A stretch of DNA of 64,000 nucleotides, taken from IMG/VR virus record IMGVR_UViG_2974793816_000001, positions 12,760 to 76,759 of that record; one strand, written 5' to 3'. Shown one piece after another: positions 35,980 to 44,747 of the stretch. The position numbers and the translations under genes are program-made. The notes under the pieces were generated by a model. It was not told the DNA's origin. It was given only the letters and a program-made list of their open reading frames with translations, and searched no databases. Source of the stretch: a virus. Its lineage: Duplodnaviria; Heunggongvirae; Uroviricota; Caudoviricetes; Thumleimavirales; Hafunaviridae. Positions within the stretch are counted from its first letter, which is position 1. Each line of letters opens with the position of its first letter.

Positions 35980-37161
35980 TTACGGCTGATACTGAACGTC
36001 GTAGAGCCACGTCAGCGGGAGGCTGTCGGAGACTCCGTGGATGGTCGCGCCGGGCATCGACCACTCAGAGATAGATTCCTCGAAGTCACCCGGCGGCTTG
36101 ATGGAACCGGAGCGAATCACGGGGACGTTCATCACGCGGTCAACGCCCTGCGTGTGGTAATGGCCTGCGTAGGCAATCTCGAAGTCGTGCTGGAGAAGCC
36201 ATCCTCTCCAGTCGCGCTTCGCCGCCGCCGTTCCGATGTGTTCCGCCGCGTTCTGACCGTGGCGGATGTGGGCGCGGTGTCCACGAATCTCGAAGTTCGT
36301 GAAGCCCGTCCGGTCGTTGCGGATGAAGGTGATGTTGTCGTACTCCGACGCCCGAACAACCGCATCGAGCATCCGGTACACAATGTCGTCACCGTTCGCC
36401 TGCTGGCTGGAGCCGTTAATCCGAATCTCGCCGTGGTTGCCGGTCTGACACACCACCTGAACGGCGTCGAAGTTCTCCGCGAGAGTCCGAATCTGCTCGA
36501 AGTGAACCTGCGTAGCAATGTCGATTTGCTCGTTGAGGTTCAGCTCCATCTCCCACGCTTGGCCGAGGTAGATACCGGAGCCGGTGATAATGTCGCCGCC
36601 CATCACGTAGTGAACCGTGTGGAAGTCCCACCCGGCCTTCCGCTGGCGCTCAATCAGTTCGAGCGTCTTCTGCGTCCGGTAGCGAATCCGCTCCAGAGCG
36701 ATTTCGGTGTTGAAGACCTCGTTCCCGAACTCGTCTTCGAGAACGTCTCCAATGTGGTCGTCCGTGACGTGAATCACCACGTCTTCCTCGCCACCCTCGG
36801 AGAGCGGGACGGCGCTCACGGCGGGTTCCGTGTTGTTCAGCACCTTATCGAGACGCCGCGAGAGCGACCCGGCGGCCTTGTTCAGCCGCTTTGTCTTGGT
36901 CGCCTTCTTGTTAGAACCGTAGTCGCGGGTTCGGTTCTGGTTGGTGGGGTGTTCCTTCTCCACGTCCCGCATATACGCTTCGACCTTGCCCCCGTCGATG
37001 CGTCTTTTCGCAAGGGGAGCGCCCTTGCGCTCGATACTGCTGATGTGGTCGCGGGCCGTAGACTCGGAGAATCCGAACTCCTCAGAGAGAGCGGCGTAGG
37101 TCGCGGGAAGGTAGTCGATGATTTCCAGTTCGGTCGGGGTGAGGTTCTGTTCGTAGTTCAT
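35980..37161 (-). CDS. winged-HTH + calcineurin-like metallophosphoesterase (Mre11/SbcD-like)
   Basis: N-terminal wHTH (LTPTELEIIDYL...ARDHISSIERKG). Phosphoesterase motifs HVTDDH, GDIITGSG, GNHGE. Likely start MNYEQNL, giving an ATGA overlap with the primase gene. Confidence 0.5.
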   Translation of the reverse strand: MNYEQNLTPTELEIIDYLPATYAALSEEFGFSESTARDHISSIERKGAPLAKRRIDGGKVEAYMRDVEKEHPTNQNRTRDYGSNKKATKTKRLNKAAGSLSRRLDKVLNNTEPAVSAVPLSEGGEEDVVIHVTDDHIGDVLEDEFGNEVFNTEIALERIRYRTQKTLELIERQRKAGWDFHTVHYVMGGDIITGSGIYLGQAWEMELNLNEQIDIATQVHFEQIRTLAENFDAVQVVCQTGNHGEIRINGSSQQANGDDIVYRMLDAVVRASEYDNITFIRNDRTGFTNFEIRGHRAHIRHGQNAAEHIGTAAAKRDWRGWLLQHDFEIAYAGHYHTQGVDRVMNVPVIRSGSIKPPGDFEESISEWSMPGATIHGVSDSLPLTWLYDVQYQP

Positions 37162-38393
37162 GTAGGTACGTATTCGTTTTCGTAGATTCGGCAGGATTCG
37201 TCCGAGCGGTCGTTCATTCCGACGCAGAACTCGCCACCAGCGTCCCATACGTTCTGACAAACGAACGGGCCTTCGTAGCGGGAGATTAGGTCTTCAACCA
37301 GAGAGCGCGTGGTTCCCTCGCTGAATCCCTCGATAGGGCGGAAGAAGTTTACAATCACGTCGATTGGAACCTTCTTCTGGATTAGCTCCTTCATCACATT
37401 GATTTCCATAATGCGACTCTCGGAACCGTACCCGTAGGAGTCGTTGCGCTTGACAAACTCCATGATACAGGGCTTGTTCGCAACGAGAAGCGGAATGTCG
37501 CTTACCTTGATTCGGTCGTTCGATTCCTCCTCGTAGCGTTTCACCGCCTTCGGGTCTTTCACCGAACCACGGCGCTCGCTATGATATTCGCCACCGCTGG
37601 CGTTCCGTACTTCGAGGGCGACTTCCCGGCGTCCTGCCGCCGAGGGCGACCGCTCCGTGATAGGAACGGGCCGGGGGCCGCTGGTCAATTCGAGGTAGTC
37701 GTCTGGTGACAAGTTCACCAGCTCCTCGATGCTCACCGGAACACACCAGCTCGTTTCCTCCCGGTGTTCAGCTCCGGGGTGGGGCGTGTTCGGATGCCGG
37801 ACGAGTCGTGCGAGGTCGGAGCTGTCAACGTCAACCCACGGGTCGATGTTGATTCCGCCTGCGATTTCGTCCAGTTGAGCTATCATCTGGTCGCCGTACT
37901 TTTCGAGTCCACGTTTGAACTGAGTGTACGACCCGTTGGCTACATCCACCGGCTCGAAGTCGAAGAACAGGTGGATTCCCTTGTGACCGGATAGGGAAGC
38001 CCGCCAATGCTCTTGTTTTCCTCCAGCGATGATTGCCTCAGCGACGAGCTGAACGCGAATCAGAAGGTCACTCATCGAGCGTTTCCACGCATCGAGGGTT
38101 CGGTTCCGTTCGCGGTACTCGGAGTCGGCGGGAACGTCGAAGTCGATGAAGATAGTGTCTATCTTCGGGATGTTGTCCCCGTCGTCGGTGTGGCCCCGAG
38201 GGAAGGAGTAGGTGGATACGAACCCGTCCTTCCCGGCGTTGCCTGCTTCCAGAAGATTGCTTACCAGTTCTACTCGATTGTTCACCGGCTCTTGTATCCT
38301 AAACCGGGTACTCGCCCTCCGTGGAGCGTCCGGCCCCACGTCGGGACACCAGACTTTGCTCGCTTGCCATAGAAGCTTCTCGTGATTTCCCAT
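37158..38393 (-). CDS. archaeo-eukaryotic primase (PriS/PrimPol-like)
   Basis: Catalytic FIDFDVPAD (DxD) and SGHKGIHLFFDF (sGxxGxH) motifs. Confidence 0.65.
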   Translation of the reverse strand: MGNHEKLLWQASKVWCPDVGPDAPRRASTRFRIQEPVNNRVELVSNLLEAGNAGKDGFVSTYSFPRGHTDDGDNIPKIDTIFIDFDVPADSEYRERNRTLDAWKRSMSDLLIRVQLVAEAIIAGGKQEHWRASLSGHKGIHLFFDFEPVDVANGSYTQFKRGLEKYGDQMIAQLDEIAGGINIDPWVDVDSSDLARLVRHPNTPHPGAEHREETSWCVPVSIEELVNLSPDDYLELTSGPRPVPITERSPSAAGRREVALEVRNASGGEYHSERRGSVKDPKAVKRYEEESNDRIKVSDIPLLVANKPCIMEFVKRNDSYGYGSESRIMEINVMKELIQKKVPIDVIVNFFRPIEGFSEGTTRSLVEDLISRYEGPFVCQNVWDAGGEFCVGMNDRSDESCRIYENEYVPT

Positions 38394-38518
38394 TTGTGTG
38401 AGTGGTCATTCTTCGCACCTCTCGGTGAAGCTCGTACAACCCGCGCTCTGACAGGACGGGCAGTATTCAGAGACGCCACCCGTGCTGGTTTCACAGCACC
38501 GGCACGTCCAGCGTCCGT

Positions 38519-40003
38519 TCATCCGAGCGTTCCGCCAGCGAAGGCTTGCTGAGCGTCGGACTCATCCCCGGCGTCGTCGGTGTCGTCGGAGTCCCCACCG
38601 TAGAGGTCTTGGGAGAACACGTCTTCCTCGGCCTCGGTCGCTTCTTCGACCTTATCTTCGAGGATGTTCTGTTTGGTGATGTTCAGCTTCTCCCCGGTGA
38701 AGGGGTGCGTCACGAACAGGCCGTCGCCTTCGCAGAACCGCTCGATGTATTCCTCCGCCACGTCTTCCGGCAGGGCCTTCCGAGCGGTTTCCTTCGTGTC
38801 TTCGACCATCTCTGCCCAATCGAGAGTCACGTCACGCTTCGCCTGCGCCGCGAACTCGGACGCCTTCCACATCACGGGGTTCTCGCTCTGGTCTTTCCGC
38901 ACGTAGCCCTTCGTGAGCATATTGTTCAGCGCGGAGTGAACGTCGCGGTTCGTGATGTTGAAGCCCCGGTCGCGCATCTCCATCTGAATCTCCGCCTTCG
39001 AGTAGCCGTCGTTCGTGTCTCGAAGCATCGACAGCATCTCGAAGTCGATTTCCCGAAGGTTCAGAGCCGAGAGAATCATCTGCTCACCGAAGATTCGCAT
39101 GGCGTACCACACGTCGGCTGGCGTGATTAGGAGAGTCGCCGTCTCCGTCCGGTCGGGGAGAGCCGGAGTCATTCGGTCTTTGTAGTGGAACAGCGCCACC
39201 GACCGGCAGAAGTCCAGAAGGCGCGGGAAGTCCTGCCGGGCCTCCGTGAAGTGCTGAGGGAGCGGATTCTGGTTGTTCAGCGCAACCGACACCGGGTTCA
39301 GCGTTCCCCCGTTCGGGCCGTCGTCGGAAGCGAACATCTTGACCGGGATGCCGGAAACGTACCGGCGAATCTCGTCGCGCTCCTCCTCGGTGAAGTTATA
39401 CTCGACGAGTCCCGCTTCCTGCCGGGCCTGCCGCTCGTTGACCTCCTTGGTCAGCTCCTCGCTGGCGTCAATGGAGACGACGAGAGCGCGGTTCCGAAGT
39501 TCGGGGTAGTCGTTGAGGTCTACCTGCTCGTTGTCCGAAGCCACGAACAGCACGAAAGCGTCCGGGGGCTTCAGCTCGAACGACTCGGTTTGACCACTCG
39601 TACCGAGAGCGCGGGAGTGGGTAGCCGACTTGCCCTCTCCGTGGCGCTTCATTATCTCCTCCAAGTGCTGTTTGTCTTGGAGAGTCGCAATGTCCGGGTA
39701 ACGGTGGACACGAGCCGAGTTCATCTGGTCTTCTTTCATGTAGAGGTCGGTCTTACTGGTCGAATCGGGAACCTTGAACACGAAGTCCCCCATCGTACAG
39801 TAGTCAGCCGCGTCCACCACCATGTCCTTGCCACCTCGTGAGAGGCCGGTCATAGCGACGAACCCTCCGTTGAACCACGAGAGGAATACGGTCTGAAGGG
39901 TGTCTTCTTCCCCCATCAGCCCGAAATCCTCTTTCATCAGCGTCAGGTCGTACAGGTTCGGAATGTAGGTATCTTCCATCTGGTTGAGAACGGGTATGTT
40001 CAT
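38519..40003 (-). CDS. putative replication-associated protein (degenerate P-loop + C-terminal winged helix)
   Basis: MTGLSRGGKD P-loop-like segment, C-terminal wHTH, acidic tail. Positioned after the primase. Confidence 0.3.
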   Translation of the reverse strand: MNIPVLNQMEDTYIPNLYDLTLMKEDFGLMGEEDTLQTVFLSWFNGGFVAMTGLSRGGKDMVVDAADYCTMGDFVFKVPDSTSKTDLYMKEDQMNSARVHRYPDIATLQDKQHLEEIMKRHGEGKSATHSRALGTSGQTESFELKPPDAFVLFVASDNEQVDLNDYPELRNRALVVSIDASEELTKEVNERQARQEAGLVEYNFTEEERDEIRRYVSGIPVKMFASDDGPNGGTLNPVSVALNNQNPLPQHFTEARQDFPRLLDFCRSVALFHYKDRMTPALPDRTETATLLITPADVWYAMRIFGEQMILSALNLREIDFEMLSMLRDTNDGYSKAEIQMEMRDRGFNITNRDVHSALNNMLTKGYVRKDQSENPVMWKASEFAAQAKRDVTLDWAEMVEDTKETARKALPEDVAEEYIERFCEGDGLFVTHPFTGEKLNITKQNILEDKVEEATEAEEDVFSQDLYGGDSDDTDDAGDESDAQQAFAGGTLG

Positions 40004-40080
40004 TGCGAGCGAAATTTCAGGAACCTATTTCATGGCCTATGCTCGGGACTATACTACTTCATCGAGCGGGAGAACAGAGC

Positions 40081-40332
40081 CTACTCGTCCGACTTGCGAA
40101 CGTGCTTCTCCCACCGCTCCATGATGCTCCTCTCGGTGGACTCCCACGCGAGGTCTTCCAGCGCCTCGATGACTTCCTCCGGGTCGTCAACGGGGTCGCC
40201 GTTCTCGTCGTGGGGAATCTCGGCGGTGAGGAACGTGTGTGCCGTCGCTGGCTCGTACTGACCGAGCTGTTTCTTCTTGTCCGAACCGACCTGTACCTCT
40301 GTAACGTATTGCTTGGCGTCTTCCTTGTCCAT
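40081..40332 (-). CDS. hypothetical small acidic protein
   Basis: 83-aa ORF. Confidence 0.3.
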   Translation of the reverse strand: MDKEDAKQYVTEVQVGSDKKKQLGQYEPATAHTFLTAEIPHDENGDPVDDPEEVIEALEDLAWESTERSIMERWEKHVRKSDE

Positions 40333-40382
40333 TTCTATGAGTTAACAGCGTGCTTCCGAGTCTTTACACCGAGGGAGAGAAC

Positions 40383-41339
40383 CTACATCCGGTTCTCAAT
40401 CTCGGCAATCACCGCATCGAGGTCGTACTCGGCGTCACCGACTTCACCAGCGACGAGCTGTTCGACGTTCTCCGGGTTCGTCTCACCCGTGTTCGCCATG
40501 AAGTCGATAATCTGGTCGGCGGCCTGCGGAACACCCTCAGGAAGCTCCTCGTCGGAGTCGTCGCCGCCACCGAGCGAGCCACCCGAGCTACCGGAGGACT
40601 CGTCGGAGTCGTCGCCGTCGCCGCCCGAGTTGGCGATGGTGATACCAGCGAACGTCTCAGCATCAAGAACCTTCGCGTCGGTGTATTCCACGTAGTCGTC
40701 TTCGCTCTCCGCGTCGTCCGGCAGGAAGCCGTCCTTGTAGTAGGAGAGGATGATACGGCGGCCTTCGAGGTCGTCGCGGAGTTCGAGGGCGTCGTCGTTC
40801 AGCCAGTTGTAGTTGTCGTCCTTGTCGTCCACCACGTCGTGACCGGCAGGCGTGATGACCTTGGCGAAGGTGCGGTTCTTCGTCCCGTTCGAGAGCCACA
40901 GCGTACAGTTGCCGAGGCTCACCGGGTCGTCGTCCTCACGCACGGCCTCCTGAAGCTTGTACGTGAAGTTGTTGCTACCGAACTGCTCGTTGTGACGGGA
41001 GGGAACTTCGTCAACCCCCACATCCTCGGTCGGAGCGCCGTTGTCGTCGGTGGCGAACCACGTATCCCAACCGAACACCTTGATGGTGTCGTCGGACTCG
41101 TCGCCCGGCGACCGCTCCATCACGATGCCGTCGATTACCTCCACGTCGTCGGCGTCCACGATGAGGGACTGACCGTAGGACGACCCGGTGTATTCACCGA
41201 GACGCCCAATCTTGAACGAGATGAAGGCGTAGTTGTTCATCTTCAGGGAGATACGCTCCTCGAAGTCGCCGCTCGCGCCGCTGTTGTTCGTGTTGCCGCC
41301 GCTGTTGTAGTCGGTGTCGAAAAGGCTCATTTGTTGAAG
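40383..41339 (-). CDS. hypothetical acidic protein
   Basis: The ORF-track start at 41561 would run through tRNA-Tyr. Internal Met MSLFDTDYN near 41339 is the plausible start. Confidence 0.35.
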   Translation of the reverse strand, partial: LQQMSLFDTDYNSGGNTNNSGASGDFEERISLKMNNYAFISFKIGRLGEYTGSSYGQSLIVDADDVEVIDGIVMERSPGDESDDTIKVFGWDTWFATDDNGAPTEDVGVDEVPSRHNEQFGSNNFTYKLQEAVREDDDPVSLGNCTLWLSNGTKNRTFAKVITPAGHDVVDDKDDNYNWLNDDALELRDDLEGRRIILSYYKDGFLPDDAESEDDYVEYTDAKVLDAETFAGITIANSGGDGDDSDESSGSSGGSLGGGDDSDEELPEGVPQAADQIIDFMANTGETNPENVEQLVAGEVGDAEYDLDAVIAEIENRM

Positions 41340-41411
41340 TAGGTTTCTCTGGTTCTGTTTGTCACTCGTTTCGGAGCCAACTACGGCATAGGTGTTTTCG
41401 CCGTAGAAAAG

Positions 41412-41480
41412 TCTGGACGGACGGAATCGAACCGCCCTTGGGAGGTTTACAGCCTCCGCGTTCGCCTTGAACACGTCCAG
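41412..41480 (-). tRNA. tRNA-Tyr (anticodon GTA)
   Basis: CTGGACG/CGTCCAG acceptor stem with a C1-G72 pair, which I recall as typical of archaeal tRNA-Tyr. GGAGG-CTGTAAA-CCTCC anticodon arm. GGCGG-TTCGATT-CCGTC T arm. The D arm is short. Confidence 0.65.
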
Positions 41481-41562
41481 AAAAGGGCCTATGATTGGGG
41501 GTGTCCACACCGCGTGAACGGGAGTGGCTACAAAGGTACGGCCAGCACCTCGCGTAGCCAAG

Positions 41563-41635
41563 CGCCGAGGGGAGGACTCGAACCTCCGACCACCGTGTTA
41601 ACAGCACGGCGCTCTACCAACTGAGCTACCTCGGC
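41563..41635 (-). tRNA. tRNA-Asn (anticodon GTT)
   Basis: Full cloverleaf: GCCGAGG/CCTCGGC acceptor, GCTC/GAGC D stem, CCGTG-CTGTTAA-CACGG anticodon arm, GGAGG-TTCGAGT-CCTCC T arm. Confidence 0.85.
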
Positions 41636-41663
41636 AAGAGAAAGGGGGGATTGAGGTGCTTGT

Positions 41664-41717
41664 CCTCACTCTATTAGATGTGGGACTAAGACTTAAAGAT
41701 ACCTATATGAGTCTTAG
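41664..41717 (+). promoter_or_regulatory. family-1 repeat element
   Basis: CCTCACTCTATTAGATGTGGGACTAAGACTTAAAGATACCTATATGAGTCTTAGAG. Confidence 0.4.
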
Positions 41718-41799
41718 AGTTCATCGGGAGGGATGCCCCGCTCGATGAAGTTAGTAGCAAGTGGAGAACCACAACCGGGAGAGATAGAAGTAGCAGACA

Positions 41800-42012
41800 T
41801 TACTTGTCGAAGCGGTTGACCCACGTAGAGAGATTCTTGATAGAGAGGCCATCCGCCCGAACGTCGTCAGCGAGAGAAGTGAGAGAATCCAGCAGAGTAG
41901 AATCGTTCCACGAGACGGGGTATTCGAGAGAGATGATGTCCACCTCGTCGCCGTTGCCGAAGGGTTCGAGAGTCGCTTCGAGGTCGCCGGAGGTCTGAGT
42001 GTAGGCAGTCAT
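41800..42012 (-). CDS. hypothetical small protein
   Basis: 70-aa acidic ORF. Its ATG overlaps the stop of an upstream 43-aa micro-ORF at 42010-42141. Confidence 0.3.
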   Translation of the reverse strand: MTAYTQTSGDLEATLEPFGNGDEVDIISLEYPVSWNDSTLLDSLTSLADDVRADGLSIKNLSTWVNRFDK

Positions 42013-42140
42013 GCTGGAGTGTTGATGGGGTTCACGACGTGGTTCGGCTCCGCAGTAGGAGCGAGCGGGACTTCCGGGCCGATTGGTTCGTTGAAGGAGA
42101 CAGCGCCGACGCCACCCGAGGGGGTATCGTCGTCGTCCAT

Positions 42141-42551
42141 CTACTCCTCCGCGAGCTGGTCGAAGTTCGGGACGACCGTGCCGTTCACTCGGTTGCCGGG
42201 AACGCTCATCCCCGAAAGCTCGAACACGTCGGCCGCCTTCTCGATACCGAACGCATCGAGCAGGTCGAAGAACTCGGCACTCGCGTCCTCGATACCATCA
42301 GGGAGGTCGAACTCCAAGTCAGCGGGGTTCGGGCCGTTCTCCGTGTACGTCGGGATGACCACGTAGAGGTCTTCGGTCAGCTCACCCCGGTCGATGAGTC
42401 TCGGCTCACCAAGCTGAATCTGAACCTCGAACCCGGAGTCCGTGCGCTCCGTGATTGCGTTGAAGACCGCCTCGGCCCCACCGAGGTCGAGGTAGTCACG
42501 TTCGTCGTCGTTACTTCGCCGGAACAGTAGGTTTCGGATGAATCCAAACAT
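42141..42551 (-). CDS. hypothetical protein
   Basis: The ORF-track start at 42737 overlaps the tRNA-like element. Internal Met MFGFIRN near 42551 is the plausible start. Confidence 0.35.
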   Translation of the reverse strand: MFGFIRNLLFRRSNDDERDYLDLGGAEAVFNAITERTDSGFEVQIQLGEPRLIDRGELTEDLYVVIPTYTENGPNPADLEFDLPDGIEDASAEFFDLLDAFGIEKAADVFELSGMSVPGNRVNGTVVPNFDQLAEE

Positions 42552-42633
42552 TGTTTCTCTCTGGTTTCCAGCGGATAACCGCCGCTGGCACGGCTTAGGT
42601 AGCGTAGTACCGAATCCCCTATGACGGAGGGGA

Positions 42634-42705
42634 AGCAACCGGCGGGAATCGAACCCGCAGAGCGTGGCTTTCGCTTCGCCCCCATTGCCAGTAGGTGTCG
42701 GTTGC
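42634..42705 (-). ncRNA. tRNA-like element with non-canonical anticodon region (possible pseudo-tRNA)
   Basis: Perfect 7-bp acceptor stem GCAACCG/CGGTTGC, T arm GCGGG-TTCGATT-CCCGC and D stem CCTA/TGGG. The anticodon arm is replaced by an extended stem capped with a GAAA tetraloop, so no 7-nt anticodon loop exists. Confidence 0.4.
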
Positions 42706-42781
42706 GAGTCGCGGATTGCCGCACCCCCGCCCATCAAGGGGCAGGGTCATACGGCCCCCACCGGAGCGACTATCCGGCTCA

Positions 42782-42852
42782 TGCGACCGGAGGGAATCGA
42801 ACCCCCGTTGGCGGCTTGGAAGGCCGCCGTGATACCACTACACTACGGTCGC
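42782..42852 (-). tRNA. tRNA-Gly (anticodon TCC)
   Basis: GCGACCG/CGGTCGC acceptor, GCGGC-CTTCCAA-GCCGC anticodon arm, TTCGATT T loop. Confidence 0.85.
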
Positions 42853-42870
42853 AAAAAGGAGAACGAGCCT

Positions 42871-43005
42871 ACTACTCGTTCTTCATCTCGTACATCGTCT
42901 CCTCGTGTTCCAACTCGGCCTTCTTTCGGAAGTATCCGAACGCGGCCACCGTGATAACCGTCACGAGGAAAAGCCACAGAATAATCAAGAAGACGACTTT
43001 GAACA
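42871..43005 (-). CDS. 44-aa membrane micro-protein downstream of the SPFH gene (NfeD-like partner?)
   Basis: Not in the ORF track. MFKVVFLIILWLFLVTVITVAAFGYFRKKAELEHEETMYEMKNE. Start lies 1 nt after the SPFH stop. Confidence 0.3.
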
Positions 43006-43007
43006 TC

Positions 43008-43880
43008 CTACTCGTCCTCGTCCGTATCCTTCACGAGAGTCGGAGTTTCGTCGGAGGGAAGGTAGATGGTCTTACCGTCAGAGTTCTTGATTGCCTCGAT
43101 GTAGCGAATCTGAATCAGCTCGGGGTTGTTGCGAACAGACTCCGCGACAATCTCGTTCGCCTTGGCTTCACCCTGAGCGCGTTCAATCTGAGCGCGAGCT
43201 TCCTGCTTCGCCACTTCGACCTCTGCCTCAGCCTTCAGTTCACGCTGTTGCGCGACCTCCTTCTCCGTGATGGAACGCTCGTAGGACTCGGGGAAGTTGA
43301 CCTTCGTAATCTGGACGGAATCCAGAATCAGGCCGGTGTTCGAGAACTTCTCCTCCAGTCTCTCTCGCGCGTCCATCGTAATCTGAGTCTGACCGGCGGA
43401 GGTGTAGACCTCGCTCGTCGCCATGCTACCCGTCGTAATGAGCATCTGCTTCGAGAGGGTCGTCCGAATCATCCGCTGTTCGGCGTTCTCCAGAGTCTTG
43501 TAGTCCGTGTAGAAGTCAGTCACCTGCTCCGGGTCGTTCGGGAGCTGGTAGCGAACGGTCACGTCGAAGGTCGTCTCAACACCGTCAGCGGTTTTCACCA
43601 CGATGGGGTCAGCAAAGTCCTTCGCCCCCTCTCCGGGGTTCGAGGTCATGGTGTACGCCTGCTGTCGGGTGGAGAGCGTCACCGTATCGTGTTTGACCGG
43701 CGTAATCCAGTTCGCACCGGGCTGAAGAACCTCACCAGTTGCGTCACCCCACTCGGTGACAACCGCCACGTTTCCTTCGTCAACAGGCTCCCAAGCCATC
43801 GCACCAACCGCTCCGGTGGTGAGAATGAGGAAAGCCATACCGACTGCGATAGCCTTCAGTTTGAATGTAGTTAGTTCCAT
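43008..43880 (-). CDS. SPFH/band-7 (prohibitin/HflC-like) membrane protein
   Basis: N-terminal transmembrane helix, SPFH core and C-terminal coiled-coil (ELKAEAEVEVAKQEARAQIERAQGEAKANEIVAESV). The ORF-track start at 44345 would run through tRNA-Arg; the MELTTFKL start is near 43880. Confidence 0.75.
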   Translation of the reverse strand: MELTTFKLKAIAVGMAFLILTTGAVGAMAWEPVDEGNVAVVTEWGDATGEVLQPGANWITPVKHDTVTLSTRQQAYTMTSNPGEGAKDFADPIVVKTADGVETTFDVTVRYQLPNDPEQVTDFYTDYKTLENAEQRMIRTTLSKQMLITTGSMATSEVYTSAGQTQITMDARERLEEKFSNTGLILDSVQITKVNFPESYERSITEKEVAQQRELKAEAEVEVAKQEARAQIERAQGEAKANEIVAESVRNNPELIQIRYIEAIKNSDGKTIYLPSDETPTLVKDTDEDE

Positions 43881-43924
43881 TTCGTAGATTTCTCTCTGGT
43901 CTGTTTGAAAGCCGATACACCGCA

Positions 43925-43999
43925 CGGAGACGATGGGATTTGAACCCACGCGCTTTCGGTTAGAAGCCGAACGCTCTGTCCGAGCTGAGCTACGTCCCC
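43925..43999 (-). tRNA. tRNA-Arg (anticodon TCT)
   Basis: GGGGACG/CGTCTCC acceptor (one G-U pair), GCTC/GAGC D stem, TTCGG-CTTCTAA-CCGAA anticodon arm, GTGGG-TTCAAAT-CCCAT T arm. Confidence 0.85.
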
Positions 44000-44087
44000 A
44001 AAATGCCACCGTGAGCGGTGGCTGGACACCAATGACAACTATGACAGGAGTTAGCCAAGCAAACGAGTTGGGAGGCCACCGCGACCT

Positions 44088-44140
44088 CCTCACTCTAATA
44101 GACGCGAGCCAAGGACTTAAAGATACCGCTTTGAGTCTTA
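44088..44140 (+). promoter_or_regulatory. family-1 repeat element
   Basis: CCTCACTCTAATAGACGCGAGCCAAGGACTTAAAGATACCGCTTTGAGTCTTAGAATG. Lies between tRNA-Arg and the + gene at 44196. Confidence 0.45.
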
Positions 44141-44195
44141 GAATGTTGGCGAGACTATGGCAAAGACTTAATAGCGTGACTTCATCTTTACACTC

Positions 44196-44747
44196 ATGGC
44201 GAAGACGAAGCACAAGAACAAGGAGAAAGTCGTCAAATGCCCCGTTGATGGGTGCGACCACGAAGGTCTGTCCCGAGGGATGCACCTTCACGTCCGACAG
44301 TCGAGCGGCAACGGACACGGCCCGAACGGAGACGTTCCAGAACACTTAGACTTTAGTGATTTGGAAGTAGTTGGCACACAAGAAGTTGAGATGGATTACC
44401 CCGAAACTCGAAAGGGAGAAGACGTTGCTCGCCTCTGTCCTTTCTGCCGCCGACCGTTCAGCGGCTATCAGGGCGTAATGATTCATCTTGGTCAGATTGC
44501 CGGGAAGGAGAATCACCCGGAGGATGCTACCGACCTCGTTGACAAGGGTGACTGTCCGGTTGCTCACGTCGATGAAGACCGCAACGTGGTTGAAGTGGTC
44601 GATGAGGGCGACCCCGACCTGATGCCGTCCACGGAAGAACGGAGAGAAGGCTCCGTGCCGCGAGCTGATGTGATTGCCTACATCGAGTGGGCTGAATCCA
44701 ACGACCACCTCACGGCGGCGAACAAGGCACGAGAGATACTACTCTAA
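44196..44747 (+). CDS. zinc-finger protein
   Basis: CPVDGCDHEG and CPFCRRPF motifs. 183 aa. Confidence 0.4.
   Translation: MAKTKHKNKEKVVKCPVDGCDHEGLSRGMHLHVRQSSGNGHGPNGDVPEHLDFSDLEVVGTQEVEMDYPETRKGEDVARLCPFCRRPFSGYQGVMIHLGQIAGKENHPEDATDLVDKGDCPVAHVDEDRNVVEVVDEGDPDLMPSTEERREGSVPRADVIAYIEWAESNDHLTAANKAREILL

Noticed and set aside
38519-40003. Assignment of the 494-aa protein as a helicase/MCM or Orc1-type initiator
   Set aside because: Only a degenerate P-loop (GLSRGGKD, no GKS/T) and a winged helix are visible. No Walker B or arginine finger could be identified by eye, so only a vague 'replication-associated' call is made.
42706-42781. Possible additional tRNA between the tRNA-like element and tRNA-Gly
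   Set aside because: No T-loop (TTCRANT) or acceptor pairing could be found. Only generic GC hairpins (GCGG-CAAT-CCGC).
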